NCBI GenBank assembly: GCA_943368105.1 | Contig: CALRKO020000010.1 | Location: 11,259 to 75,258 of the forward strand | Direction of reading: 5' to 3' | DNA length: 64,000 bases | Source of the DNA: Chitinophaga pinensis | GTDB taxonomy: Bacteria; Cyanobacteriota; Cyanobacteriia; PCC-6307; Cyanobiaceae | Shown here: positions 10,666 through 19,384 of the stretch, one piece after another | Position numbering within the stretch: position 1 is the stretch's first letter | How the letters are laid out: each line of letters begins with the position of its first letter | The notes under the pieces: generated by a model | Database searches by the model: none | The model's input: the letters and a program-made list of their open reading frames with translations, nothing else | What the model was told of the DNA's origin: nothing | Program-made: the position numbers and the translations under genes

Positions 10666-13600
10666 ATGCGGCAGTCCCTGACCGCCCCCGACGCCAGCGG
10701 CGATGCCACCGGCGCCAACCCGGCGCTGCTGGCGGCGGCCACGCCGCCCCAGGTGACCCGGCTGCTGGGGGAGCGGCTGGAGCTGGTGGAGGACCTCTGG
10801 CAGACGGTGCTGCGCAGCGAGTGTCCGCCACAGCAGGCCGAGCGGCTGCTGCGGCTCAAGGAGTTCAGCGCCGGCATCGACGGCGGCGAGGTGGATCCGG
10901 GATCCGAGGCCGCCACCGCCTCCATCGTGCAGCTGATCCGCGGCATGGACCTGGCGGAGGCCATCGCCGCGGCCCGCGCCTTCTCCCTCTACTTCCAGCT
11001 GGTCAACATCCTCGAGCAGCACATCGAGGAGGACAGCTACCTGGCCAGCCTCAAGGCCCAGCACCGCGACGACCTCAGCGACCCCTTCGCGCCGCCCCTC
11101 GCCACCCAGACCGAGCCCGCCACCTTCCGGGAGCTGTTCGCCCGCCTGCGGGGCCTGGGCGTGCCGCCGGCCCAGCTGGAGCAGCTGCTGCAGGAGCTGG
11201 ACATCCGCCTGGTGTTCACGGCCCACCCCACCGAGATCGTGCGCCACACGGTGCGCCACAAGCAGCGCCGGGTCGCTGCCCTGATCCAGCAGCTGCAGCA
11301 GCACGGCCTGCCCAACCTGGACGAGCGCCACAGCCTGCGCCAGCAGCTGGAGGAGGAGATCCGCCTCTGGTGGCGCACCGATGAGCTGCACCAGTTCAAG
11401 CCCTCGGTGCTCGACGAGGTGGACTACGCCCTGCACTACTTCCAGCAGGTGCTGTTCGAGGCCCTGCCCCAGCTGCGCCAGCGGCTGCACGGGGCCCTGG
11501 CGGCCAACTACCCGGACGTGGTGCCGCCCCGTGACGCCTTCTGCACCTTCGGCTCCTGGGTGGGCTCCGACCGGGACGGCAACCCCTCGGTGACGCCGGA
11601 GATCACCTGGCGCACCGCCTGCTATCAGCGCCAGCTGATGCTGGAGCGCTACATCGCCACGGTGGGCCACCTGCGCGACCAGCTCAGCATCTCGATGCAG
11701 TGGAGCCAGGTGAGCGCCGCGCTGCTGGAGTCGCTGGAGATGGACCGGCTGCGCTTCCCGGAGATCTACGAGGAGCGGGCGGCCCGCTACCGGCTCGAGC
11801 CCTACCGGCTCAAGATCAGCTACATCCTCGAGCGCCTGCAGCTCACCCACCAGCGCAACCAGCAGCTGGCCGCCGCCGGCTGGGAGGCCCCCGGCGAGGG
11901 GCCGGTGCCCGTGGCCGAGCCCGGCTCCGGCCTGGTGCCGGCCCCGGCCCAGGAGCTGCACTACACCTCCGTGGACGAGTTCCGCGGCGACCTGGAGCTG
12001 ATCCTCGCCAGCCTCGAGGGCACGGGCCTGAGCTGCGAGCCCCTGCAGAACCTGATCGCCCAGGTCCACACCTTCGCCTTCTGCCTGGCCAGCCTCGACA
12101 TCCGCCAGGAGAGCACCCGCCACAGCGATGCCCTCGACGAGCTGAGCCGCTACCTGCAGCTGCCGCTGCCCTACGGCGCCATGGACGAGGAGCAGCGGGT
12201 GGCCTGGCTGCTCACCGAACTGCAGACCCGCCGGCCCCTGATCCCGCCCTCGGCCCAGTGGAGCCCCGCCACCCGCGAGACCTTCGACGTGTTCCGCATG
12301 CTGCAGCGGCTCCAGAAGGAGTTCGGCCGCCGCATCTGCCGCACCTACGTGATCTCGATGAGCCACACGGTGTCGGACCTGCTGGAGGTGCTGCTGCTGG
12401 CCAAGGAGGCCGGGCTGGTGGATCCCTCCGCCCAGCGCTCCGACCTGCTGGTGGTGCCCCTGTTCGAGACGGTGGAGGACCTGCAGGGGGCACCGGCCGT
12501 GATGGAGCGCCTGTTCCGCGAGCCCTTCTACCGCCAGCTGCTGGCGAGCAGCAGCAGCAACGCCGGTGGCCGGCCCCTGCAGGAGCTGATGCTCGGCTAC
12601 TCCGACAGCAACAAGGACTCCGGCTTCCTCTCCAGCAACTGGGAGATCCACCGGGCCCAGATCGCCCTGCAGAGCCTGGCCAGCGACCACGCGGTGGTGC
12701 TGCGCATCTTCCACGGCCGCGGCGGCTCCGTGGGCCGCGGCGGCGGTCCGGCCTACCAGGCGATCCTGGCCCAGCCCAGCGGCACCCTCAACGGCCGCAT
12801 CAAGATCACCGAGCAGGGCGAGGTGCTGGCCTCGAAGTACTCCCTGCCCGAGCTGGCCCTCTACAACCTGGAGACGGTCACCACGGCGGTGCTGCAGAAC
12901 AGCCTGGTCACCAGCCACGTGGACGACACGCCCGACTGGAACGCCCTGATGGCGCGGCTGGCGGCCCGCTCGCGCCAGCACTACCGCGCCCTGGTGCACG
13001 ACAACCCCGATCTGGTGGCCTTCTTCCAGCAGGTGACGCCGATCGAGGAGATCAGCAAGCTGCAGATCTCCAGCCGTCCGGCCCGGCGCAAGAGCGGCGC
13101 CAAGGACCTCTCCAGCCTGCGGGCCATCCCCTGGGTGTTCGGCTGGACCCAGAGCCGCTTTCTGCTGCCCAGCTGGTTCGGCGTGGGGGCGGCGCTGCAG
13201 GAGGAGATGGGCGGCGATCCGGAGCAGCTGGAGCTGTTCCAGCAGCTGTACCAGCGCTGGCCCTTCTTCCGGATGCTGATCTCCAAGGTGGAGATGACCC
13301 TCTCCAAGGTGGACCTGGACCTCGCCCACCACTACGTGCGGGCCCTGGGGCGCCCCGGCCACCGGGAGGCCTTCGAGCAGATCTTCGCGGTGATCGCCGC
13401 CGAGTTCGTGCTCACCCGCGACCTGGTGCTGCAGATCAGCGGCCACCACCGGCTGCTGGACGGGGATCCGGCCCTGCAGCTCTCGGTGGAGCTGCGCAAC
13501 CGCACCATCATTCCCCTGGGCTTCCTGCAGGTGGCGCTGCTGCGGCGGCTGCGGGACCAGAACCGCCAGCCGCCCAGCAGCGAGGCCGTCAGCCCCAGCG

Positions 13601-13692
13601 ACGACGGCCGCACCTACAGCCGCAGCGAACTGCTGCGGGGCGCCCTGCTCACGATCAACGGCATCGCCGCCGGCATGCGCAACACGGGCTGA
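10666..13692 (+). CDS. ppc: Phosphoenolpyruvate carboxylase
   Basis: [74 protein letters not shown]; ATG 10666. Confidence 0.97.
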   Translation: MRQSLTAPDASGDATGANPALLAAATPPQVTRLLGERLELVEDLWQTVLRSECPPQQAERLLRLKEFSAGIDGGEVDPGSEAATASIVQLIRGMDLAEAIAAARAFSLYFQLVNILEQHIEEDSYLASLKAQHRDDLSDPFAPPLATQTEPATFRELFARLRGLGVPPAQLEQLLQELDIRLVFTAHPTEIVRHTVRHKQRRVAALIQQLQQHGLPNLDERHSLRQQLEEEIRLWWRTDELHQFKPSVLDEVDYALHYFQQVLFEALPQLRQRLHGALAANYPDVVPPRDAFCTFGSWVGSDRDGNPSVTPEITWRTACYQRQLMLERYIATVGHLRDQLSISMQWSQVSAALLESLEMDRLRFPEIYEERAARYRLEPYRLKISYILERLQLTHQRNQQLAAAGWEAPGEGPVPVAEPGSGLVPAPAQELHYTSVDEFRGDLELILASLEGTGLSCEPLQNLIAQVHTFAFCLASLDIRQESTRHSDALDELSRYLQLPLPYGAMDEEQRVAWLLTELQTRRPLIPPSAQWSPATRETFDVFRMLQRLQKEFGRRICRTYVISMSHTVSDLLEVLLLAKEAGLVDPSAQRSDLLVVPLFETVEDLQGAPAVMERLFREPFYRQLLASSSSNAGGRPLQELMLGYSDSNKDSGFLSSNWEIHRAQIALQSLASDHAVVLRIFHGRGGSVGRGGGPAYQAILAQPSGTLNGRIKITEQGEVLASKYSLPELALYNLETVTTAVLQNSLVTSHVDDTPDWNALMARLAARSRQHYRALVHDNPDLVAFFQQVTPIEEISKLQISSRPARRKSGAKDLSSLRAIPWVFGWTQSRFLLPSWFGVGAALQEEMGGDPEQLELFQQLYQRWPFFRMLISKVEMTLSKVDLDLAHHYVRALGRPGHREAFEQIFAVIAAEFVLTRDLVLQISGHHRLLDGDPALQLSVELRNRTIIPLGFLQVALLRRLRDQNRQPPSSEAVSPSDDGRTYSRSELLRGALLTINGIAAGMRNTG

Positions 13693-13693
13693 C

Positions 13694-14167
13694 GTGCTGG
13701 ATTCGCTCTTGATCCCCTTCCGCAGTCCGCACCAGCCCCCGGCGCTGCCCCCGGGCTATGGCCTCGAGGGCCGCGGCAGCGCCCGGGCCGATGAGCTCAA
13801 CGCCCTGCTGGTGGCCTGCGGCGAGCCCGACCGGCCCCTGGCGCGGCTGGAGGCGGCCCTGGCCCGCAGTGCCTGGCAGCTCTGCCTGCGCGATGGCGGC
13901 GGCCGGCTGGTGGGCTTCGCCCGGGTCACCAGCGACCTGGCCCTCAATGCCAACATCTGGGACCTCGTGGCCCACCCGGCCGAGGTCGAGCGCGACCAGC
14001 TGCTGCGGGCGCTGGTGCACGCGGCCCTGGCGCGGCTGCGGCGGGAGCTGCCCGGCTGCAGCATCTCGCTCTCGGCGCCGCCGGAGGCGCTCCAGGCCCT
14101 GCAGCAGCACGGCTTCGTGGTGGATCCGGGCGGCATCCGGGCCATGGGCCTGCAGCTGCTCGGCTGA
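13694..14167 (+). CDS. GNAT-family N-acetyltransferase (Ycf52-like)
   Basis: LVGFARVTSDLALNANIWDL motif typical of the cyanobacterial GNAT; GTG start. Confidence 0.75.
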   Translation: MLDSLLIPFRSPHQPPALPPGYGLEGRGSARADELNALLVACGEPDRPLARLEAALARSAWQLCLRDGGGRLVGFARVTSDLALNANIWDLVAHPAEVERDQLLRALVHAALARLRRELPGCSISLSAPPEALQALQQHGFVVDPGGIRAMGLQLLG

Positions 14168-14177
14168 GCTGGGAGCG

Positions 14178-14205
14178 AAAAAAAGCCCCGCCGAGGGGCG
14201 GGGCT
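14178..14205 (-). terminator. Rho-independent terminator for tRNA-Arg (probably bidirectional hairpin)
   Basis: A7 tract followed by agccccgcc-gagg-ggcggggct inverted repeat. Confidence 0.8.
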
Positions 14206-14245
14206 GGGGGCTGCGGAGCGGGCGGCTGCAGGGCCGGGCGATGCG

Positions 14246-14284
14246 GCCTTCGCCGACGTCGCCTTCGCTGACTCCGCCTTCACC
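14246..14284. repeat. Three degenerate 15-bp-period repeats in the tRNA-Arg 3' trailer
   Basis: gccttcgccgac / gccttcgctgac / gccttcacc at 14246, 14261, 14276. Confidence 0.75.
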
Positions 14285-14302
14285 ACTGGGGCCTGGCGGC
14301 GA

Positions 14303-14376
14303 CGAGCATGGAGGGACTCGAACCCCCGACATTCAGAACCGGAATCTGACGCTCTATCCAACTGAGCTACATGCCC
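14303..14376 (-). tRNA. tRNA-Arg(CCG)
   Basis: GGGCATGTAGCTCAGTTGGATAGAGCGTCAGATTCCGGTTCTGAATGTCGGGGGTTCGAGTCCCTCCATGCTCG; cloverleaf, GTTCGA T-loop; CCA not encoded. Confidence 0.97.
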
Positions 14377-14427
14377 ATGGGCGCGGCGGCCATGGTGCGG
14401 TGGGGCCTGGGCCCGTGCCGCGGGACT

Positions 14428-14434
14428 TACCTTA
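14428..14434. promoter_or_regulatory. Putative bidirectional -10 element TACCTTA (TACCTT for recF on +, TAAGGT for tRNA-Arg on -)
   Basis: TANNNT on both strands, overlapping, between divergent genes. Confidence 0.5.
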
Positions 14435-14456
14435 GCCGGCAGACGGCCCCGGACCC

Positions 14457-15566
14457 ATTCGGCTGCAACGCCTGGAGCTGCGCCAGTTCCGCAACTACGC
14501 CGAGCAGCAGCTGCGCATCGAGGCGCCGCGGCTGCTGGTGATCGGCGGCAACGGCGAGGGCAAGTCGAACCTGCTGGAGGCGGTGGAGCTGCTGGGCAGC
14601 CTGCGCTCCCACCGCTGCAGTGCCGACCGCGACCTGATCCGCCACGGTGAGCCGGCCGCCCTGCTGGTGGCGGAGGGCGCCGCGGGCGACCGGCTGGAGC
14701 TGGAGCTGCGCCGCCGCGGCGGCCGCGAGGCGCGCCGCAACGGCAAGGTGCTGGAGCGCCAGCTGGATCTGATCGGGCCGCTGCGCTGCGTGGGCTTCAG
14801 TGCCCTGGACCTGGAGCTGGTGCGGGGCGAGCCGGCCCTGCGGCGCCAGTGGCTCGACCGGGTGGTGCTGCAGCTGGAGCCGGTCTACGCCGAGCTGCTC
14901 AGCCGCTACGGGCGGCTGCTGCGCCAGCGCTCCCAGCTGCTGCGCCGCGGCCTGGGCCGCGCCCACCTCGGCGACCTGCTGGAGGCCTTCGATCAGCAGA
15001 TGGCCCTGGTGGGCACCCGGCTGCACCGCCGCCGCCGCCGCGCCCTGGCCCGGCTCGAACCCCTGGCCGCGGCCTGGCAGCAGCGGCTCAGCGGCGGGCG
15101 CGAGCGGCTGGAGCTGCGCTACTGCCCCGGCAGCCTGCTGGAGGGGGAGGAGGCCGAGGCCCCCTGGCGCGAGGCCCTGCTGGAGCAGCTGAGGCTGCAG
15201 CGGGAGAGCGAGCTGCGCCTGGGCCAGTGCGCTGTGGGCCCCCACCGCGACGAGATCGCCCTGGAGCTCGGCGGCCAGCCCGCCCGCCGCTACGGCTCGG
15301 CCGGCCAGCAGCGCACCCTGGTGCTGGCCCTGAAGCTGGGGGAGCTGGAGCTGGTGCACCAGCTCTGGGGGGAGCCGCCGCTGCTGCTGCTCGACGACGT
15401 GCTGGCCGAGCTCGATCCCGCCCGCCAGCAGCTGCTGCTGGAGGCGGTGGGGGAGGGGCACCAGTGCCTCGTGAGCGCCACGCACCTGGGGGCCTTCGGC
15501 GGCGGCTGGCGGCAGCGGTCGCAGATCGTGGAGGTGAGCCGCGGTGGGCTGGCCCCTGGCCGTTAA
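14457..15566 (+). CDS. recF: DNA replication/repair protein RecF (probable ATT start)
   Basis: [14 protein letters not shown]...[13 protein letters not shown] Walker [27 protein letters not shown]; the track's GTG 14538 omits the conserved FRNY segment. Confidence 0.93.
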   Translation: MRLQRLELRQFRNYAEQQLRIEAPRLLVIGGNGEGKSNLLEAVELLGSLRSHRCSADRDLIRHGEPAALLVAEGAAGDRLELELRRRGGREARRNGKVLERQLDLIGPLRCVGFSALDLELVRGEPALRRQWLDRVVLQLEPVYAELLSRYGRLLRQRSQLLRRGLGRAHLGDLLEAFDQQMALVGTRLHRRRRRALARLEPLAAAWQQRLSGGRERLELRYCPGSLLEGEEAEAPWREALLEQLRLQRESELRLGQCAVGPHRDEIALELGGQPARRYGSAGQQRTLVLALKLGELELVHQLWGEPPLLLLDDVLAELDPARQQLLLEAVGEGHQCLVSATHLGAFGGGWRQRSQIVEVSRGGLAPGR

Positions 15567-15569
15567 GAT
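15564..15569 (+). promoter_or_regulatory. Putative -10 hexamer (TAAGAT) of speD, overlapping the recF TAA stop
   Basis: TANNNT 23 nt upstream of the speD ATG. Confidence 0.45.
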
Positions 15570-15592
15570 GATGTGCTGTTTACCTGGATTCG

Positions 15593-16075
15593 ATGAGCCA
15601 GACCACGGCCTGCCTCCACCCCAACCCGGGATGGACCGGAGCTGAGAGCGCCTTCTCCCAAAGCCCCCAATCCCCCAGTGCCACCGACATGGTGGGCAAA
15701 CACTGCATCCTCGAGCTCTACAACTGCGATCCGAGCAAGCTCGACGACGAAGCCTTCCTCAGGACCGCCATCACGACAGCAGCGAAACGTGCTGGCGCCA
15801 CCCTCCTGAATCTGATCACCCACCGGTTCGAACCGCAGGGAGTGACGGGGCTGGCCCTGTTGGCCGAATCCCACATCTCGATCCACACCTGGCCCGAGTC
15901 CGGCTATGCCGCGGTGGACGTCTTCACCTGCGGCGACCACACCATGCCGGAACGGGCCTGCACGGTGCTGAGCGAGGAGCTCGATGCCGGCCACTACAAG
16001 CTCAAGAGCTTCCGCCGCGAAACGCCCTGCAGCGTCGCCGGCGCCGAGCGGGAGCCCGCCCTGGCGGCCGCCTGA
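15593..16075 (+). CDS. speD: S-adenosylmethionine decarboxylase proenzyme (pyruvoyl, class 1B)
   Basis: [43 protein letters not shown]. Confidence 0.9.
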   Translation: MSQTTACLHPNPGWTGAESAFSQSPQSPSATDMVGKHCILELYNCDPSKLDDEAFLRTAITTAAKRAGATLLNLITHRFEPQGVTGLALLAESHISIHTWPESGYAAVDVFTCGDHTMPERACTVLSEELDAGHYKLKSFRRETPCSVAGAEREPALAAA

Positions 16076-16118
16076 GCCCCCGCGGCGGTCCGCCGCCGGG
16101 CCCCCTGGTGCCCATCCG

Positions 16119-16141
16119 GCCCCGCCCCCCGGCGGGGCTTT
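16119..16141 (+). terminator. Possible terminator between convergent speD and larE
   Basis: gccccgcc-cccc-ggcggggc followed by ttt. Confidence 0.5.
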
Positions 16142-16142
16142 C

Positions 16143-17210
16143 TCATGGCCCCGGGGCGCCGCGCTCCGGGGCCGCGGCCACCAGCTCGCGGTTCAGCTTG
16201 CCGCTCACCAGGCCCTCCAGGTCCAGGCTCACGGCACTGAAGCCCAGGGCGCGGAAGGCCTGCACCAGCTCCCGCCGCGCCCCGGGCTCCAGCAGCGCGC
16301 CGATCCGGTGCTGCGGCAGTTCGATCCGGGCCGTCTCCCCCTGGCTGCGCACCCGCAGCTCCTGGAAGCCCCGCTGCCGCAGCCAGGCCTCGGCCGCCGC
16401 CACCCGCCGCAGCCGCTGGGCGGTGATCGCCTCGCCGTAGGGGAAGCGGGAGGCCAGGCAGGGCTGGGCCGGCTTGTCCCACCAGGGGAAGCCCAGGGCC
16501 CGGGAGATGGCGCGCACCCCGGCCTTGTCGATGCCCAGCTCCGCCAGGGGCGAGAGCACGCCCCGCTCCCGGGCGGCGGCGATGCCGGGACGGTGGTCGC
16601 CCAGGTCGTCCAGGTTCACCCCATCGAGCACCGGGGCCGGGCCCGGGGGTGCCGCCCCATCCCCCCTGGACGACCCGCCGCCCCAGGCTCCAGCGGCCCC
16701 GGCGCCCGCGGCCAGCTCCGCCACCAGAGCCGCCAGCAGCCCATGCAGTTCCCGCTTGCAGGCGTAGCAGCGCTCGGCCGGATTGCTGGCGTAGGCGGGA
16801 TCCCGCAGCTCGGCCGTGGCCAGCTCGCGGTGGGCCAGGCCCAGCCAGCGGGCCTGCAGCCGCGCCTCCTCCAGCAGGTGCGGAGCCAGGGCCGGCGACA
16901 CCCCCGTGACCGCCAGGGCACCAGCCCCCAGCTGCTCGGCGGCGATGGCCGCCACCAGGGCACTGTCCACGCCGCCGGAATAGGCCACCACCACCCGGCC
17001 CAGGCCGGCGATCCGCCGGCGCAGCCGCGCCAGGGCCAGCGCCTGGGCCTCCGGCAGGCCCTCGATCTGGGGATGTTCCCGCCGGGGGGGGCTCCCCTCG
17101 GCCCCAGCGGCGCCGCTGGGCCCTGGGCCGCTGGACACCGGGCCGCTGGGCGCCGGGCTGGCCGGGGTGGTGCCCGCGCTGGGGCCCGGGGGGGTCGGGC
17201 TGGGCTGCAT
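16143..17210 (-). CDS. larE: LarE-family ATP-dependent sulfur insertase (PP-loop)
   Basis: AYSGGVDS, NPAERCYACK, DGVNLDDLGDHRPG, KPAQPCLASRFPYG, LRVRSQGETARIE. Confidence 0.9.
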   Translation of the reverse strand: MQPSPTPPGPSAGTTPASPAPSGPVSSGPGPSGAAGAEGSPPRREHPQIEGLPEAQALALARLRRRIAGLGRVVVAYSGGVDSALVAAIAAEQLGAGALAVTGVSPALAPHLLEEARLQARWLGLAHRELATAELRDPAYASNPAERCYACKRELHGLLAALVAELAAGAGAAGAWGGGSSRGDGAAPPGPAPVLDGVNLDDLGDHRPGIAAARERGVLSPLAELGIDKAGVRAISRALGFPWWDKPAQPCLASRFPYGEAITAQRLRRVAAAEAWLRQRGFQELRVRSQGETARIELPQHRIGALLEPGARRELVQAFRALGFSAVSLDLEGLVSGKLNRELVAAAPERGAPGP

Positions 17211-17229
17211 GCCGGGGAACGGCCCTCGT

Positions 17230-17244
17230 TAGGATCCAACCGTA
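17230..17244. promoter_or_regulatory. Putative divergent -10 elements for cobO (TAGGAT, +) and larE (TACGGT, -)
   Basis: Two TANNNT hexamers within a 46-bp divergent spacer. Confidence 0.4.
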
Positions 17245-17256
17245 AGTGGGCCGCCC

Positions 17257-18489
17257 ATGGCGCCGCAGGCGACCTCAGCCACCAGTTCCAGTTCCCCCCG
17301 CTCCGGCCGTCCCACCGGCACGGGTCGCGGCATCGGCATCCGCACGGCCGCCGGTGCCTGCGAGCGCAGCCACGGTCAGCTGCACGTCTACGACGGCGAG
17401 GGCAAGGGCAAGAGCCAGGCTGCCCTCGGCGTGGTGCTGCGCACCATCGGCCTGGGCATCTGCGAACAGAAGCGCACCCGCGTGCTGCTGCTGCGCTTCC
17501 TCAAGGGCCCCGGCCGCTCCTACGACGAGGACGCCGCCATCGAGGCCCTGCAGCAGGGCTTTCCCCACCTGATCGACCAGGTGCGCACCGGCCGCGGCGA
17601 CTACTTCACCGCCGAGGAGGCCACCCGCTTCGACCGCCAGGAGGCCCAGCGCGGCTGGGACATCGCCAAGGGCGCCATCGCCAGCGAGCTCTATTCGGTG
17701 GTGGTGCTCGACGAGCTCAACCCGGTGCTCGACCTGGGTCTGCTCGACGTGGAGGAGGTGGTGCGCAGCCTGGCGGCCAAGCCCGAGGGCATGGAGGTGA
17801 TCGTCACCGGCCGGGGGGCGCCGCGGCAGCTGGTGCAGATCGCCGACCTGCACTCGGAGATGCGCGCCCATCGCCGCCAGGATGCGGGCCTGAGCGGCCT
17901 CGACGCCGGCGAGGATGCCGAGGCGGCGGCCCTGGGTCTCGACGGCATCGAGATCTACACGGGCGAGGGCAAGGGCAAGAGCACCAGCGCCCTGGGCAAG
18001 GCCCTGCAGGCCATCGGCCGCGGCATCAGCCAGGACAAGAGCCACCGCGTGCTGATCCTGCAGTGGCTCAAGGGCGGCAACGGCTACACCGAGGACGCCG
18101 CCATCGCCGCCCTGCGCGAGAGCTACCCCCACCTGGTGGATCACCTGCGCTCCGGCCGCGACGCGATCGTCTGGCGGGGCCAGCAGCAGCCGATCGACTA
18201 CGTGGAGGCGGAGCGGGCCTGGGAGATCGCCCGCGCCGCCATCGCCAGCGGCCTCTACAAGACCGTGATCCTCGATGAGCTCAACCCCACCGTGGACCTG
18301 GAGCTGCTGCCGGTGGAGCCGATCGTTCAGACCCTGCTGCGCAAGCCGGCGGAGACGGAGGTGATCATCACCGGCCGCTGCAAGCACCCGCCCGCCTACT
18401 TCGATCTGGCCTCGGTGCACTCGGAGATGGTGTGCCACAAGCACTACGCCGAGCGCGGCGTCGACCTCAAGCGCGGCGTCGACTACTGA
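17257..18489 (+). CDS. cobO: Cob(I)yrinic acid a,c-diamide adenosyltransferase, tandem two-domain form
   Basis: Two copies of Y(D/T)GEGKGKS and V(V/I)LDELNP...EVI(V/I)TGR. Confidence 0.9.
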   Translation: MAPQATSATSSSSPRSGRPTGTGRGIGIRTAAGACERSHGQLHVYDGEGKGKSQAALGVVLRTIGLGICEQKRTRVLLLRFLKGPGRSYDEDAAIEALQQGFPHLIDQVRTGRGDYFTAEEATRFDRQEAQRGWDIAKGAIASELYSVVVLDELNPVLDLGLLDVEEVVRSLAAKPEGMEVIVTGRGAPRQLVQIADLHSEMRAHRRQDAGLSGLDAGEDAEAAALGLDGIEIYTGEGKGKSTSALGKALQAIGRGISQDKSHRVLILQWLKGGNGYTEDAAIAALRESYPHLVDHLRSGRDAIVWRGQQQPIDYVEAERAWEIARAAIASGLYKTVILDELNPTVDLELLPVEPIVQTLLRKPAETEVIITGRCKHPPAYFDLASVHSEMVCHKHYAERGVDLKRGVDY

Positions 18490-19370
18490 TCCCTTGCCGG
18501 CCCCTGGTCCTCGGCGCGCCCCTCGCTGCCCGCCAGCCGCGCCCCGAAGCGAGTGCTGGGGTCGTCCGCCTCATCCACCAGGGCCTCCAGCTCCAGCTCC
18601 AGCTGCTCGGTGGCGATGAAGCGCCCCAGCAGCAGGCCCACCAGCAGCACCACGTACAGGGTGCTCGCCACGCTCAGCAGCAGCACGAAGCGCTCGCCGG
18701 TGGCGTTGGTGGGCACGATGTCGCCGTAGCCCACACCGCCGATCGTCACGAAGCTGAAGTAAGTGAGGCGATCCAGCAGCAGCTCATGGGAGGCATGGGC
18801 CCCGAGGCTGAAGCTGCCGGGGTGCAGCACCTGGATGGCGGTGGCCACCAGGCCGCCGCTCAGGCCCAGGTAGAGGTAGCCGGCCGCGGCCCCGGCCATC
18901 ACCAGCCCGTTCACCCGGGGCACCCGGGCCAGCAGCCGCACCAGCCGGCAGGAGGTGACCACCGCGAAGACGGTGCAGAGCACCAGCACCGTCACGCGCA
19001 CCTGGGGATTCGGCCAGGCCCCGGCCAGCACCGGTAGCCACAGGCCCGCCGCCGCCAGGCCCCCCAGCAGCCGGTAGGCGCCCACCACGGCCCGGGCCCG
19101 GCGGGAGGGCCGCAGCACCGGCAGGGTGCGGATCGACTGCAGGATCAGCAGGCTGTACTGCAGCGGCACCAGCCAGGCGCCGGGGCCGGTGCGGCTGGCC
19201 GTGAGCGGCAGCAGCAGCACCGGCAGCACGGTGGTCGCCAGCAGGCCCAGGAACCGGGGCTCCAGGCCCACCAGGTGGCGCTGCTGCCGCAGCAGCTCCA
19301 GCCGGGACCCCGATCCGGGCCGGCCCGGCTGGCGCCCGGGCCTGTCGGCGCTGGTGGCCACGGGCTGCAC
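18483..19370 (-). CDS. Potassium-channel-family membrane protein (Ion_trans_2-like pore)
   Basis: Several TM helices, then YFSFVTIGGVGYGDIVP pore loop and a final TM. Confidence 0.8.
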   Translation of the reverse strand: MQPVATSADRPGRQPGRPGSGSRLELLRQQRHLVGLEPRFLGLLATTVLPVLLLPLTASRTGPGAWLVPLQYSLLILQSIRTLPVLRPSRRARAVVGAYRLLGGLAAAGLWLPVLAGAWPNPQVRVTVLVLCTVFAVVTSCRLVRLLARVPRVNGLVMAGAAAGYLYLGLSGGLVATAIQVLHPGSFSLGAHASHELLLDRLTYFSFVTIGGVGYGDIVPTNATGERFVLLLSVASTLYVVLLVGLLLGRFIATEQLELELEALVDEADDPSTRFGARLAGSEGRAEDQGPARDQ

Positions 19371-19384
19371 CGCCGCGGGGCCCC

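Noticed and set aside
17211-17256. Cobalamin riboswitch upstream of cobO
   Set aside because: The spacer is only 46 bp and is occupied by divergent -10 elements.
17257-18489. Tandem two-domain CobO as a novel fusion
   Set aside because: The duplicated form is, to my knowledge, the usual cyanobacterial arrangement.
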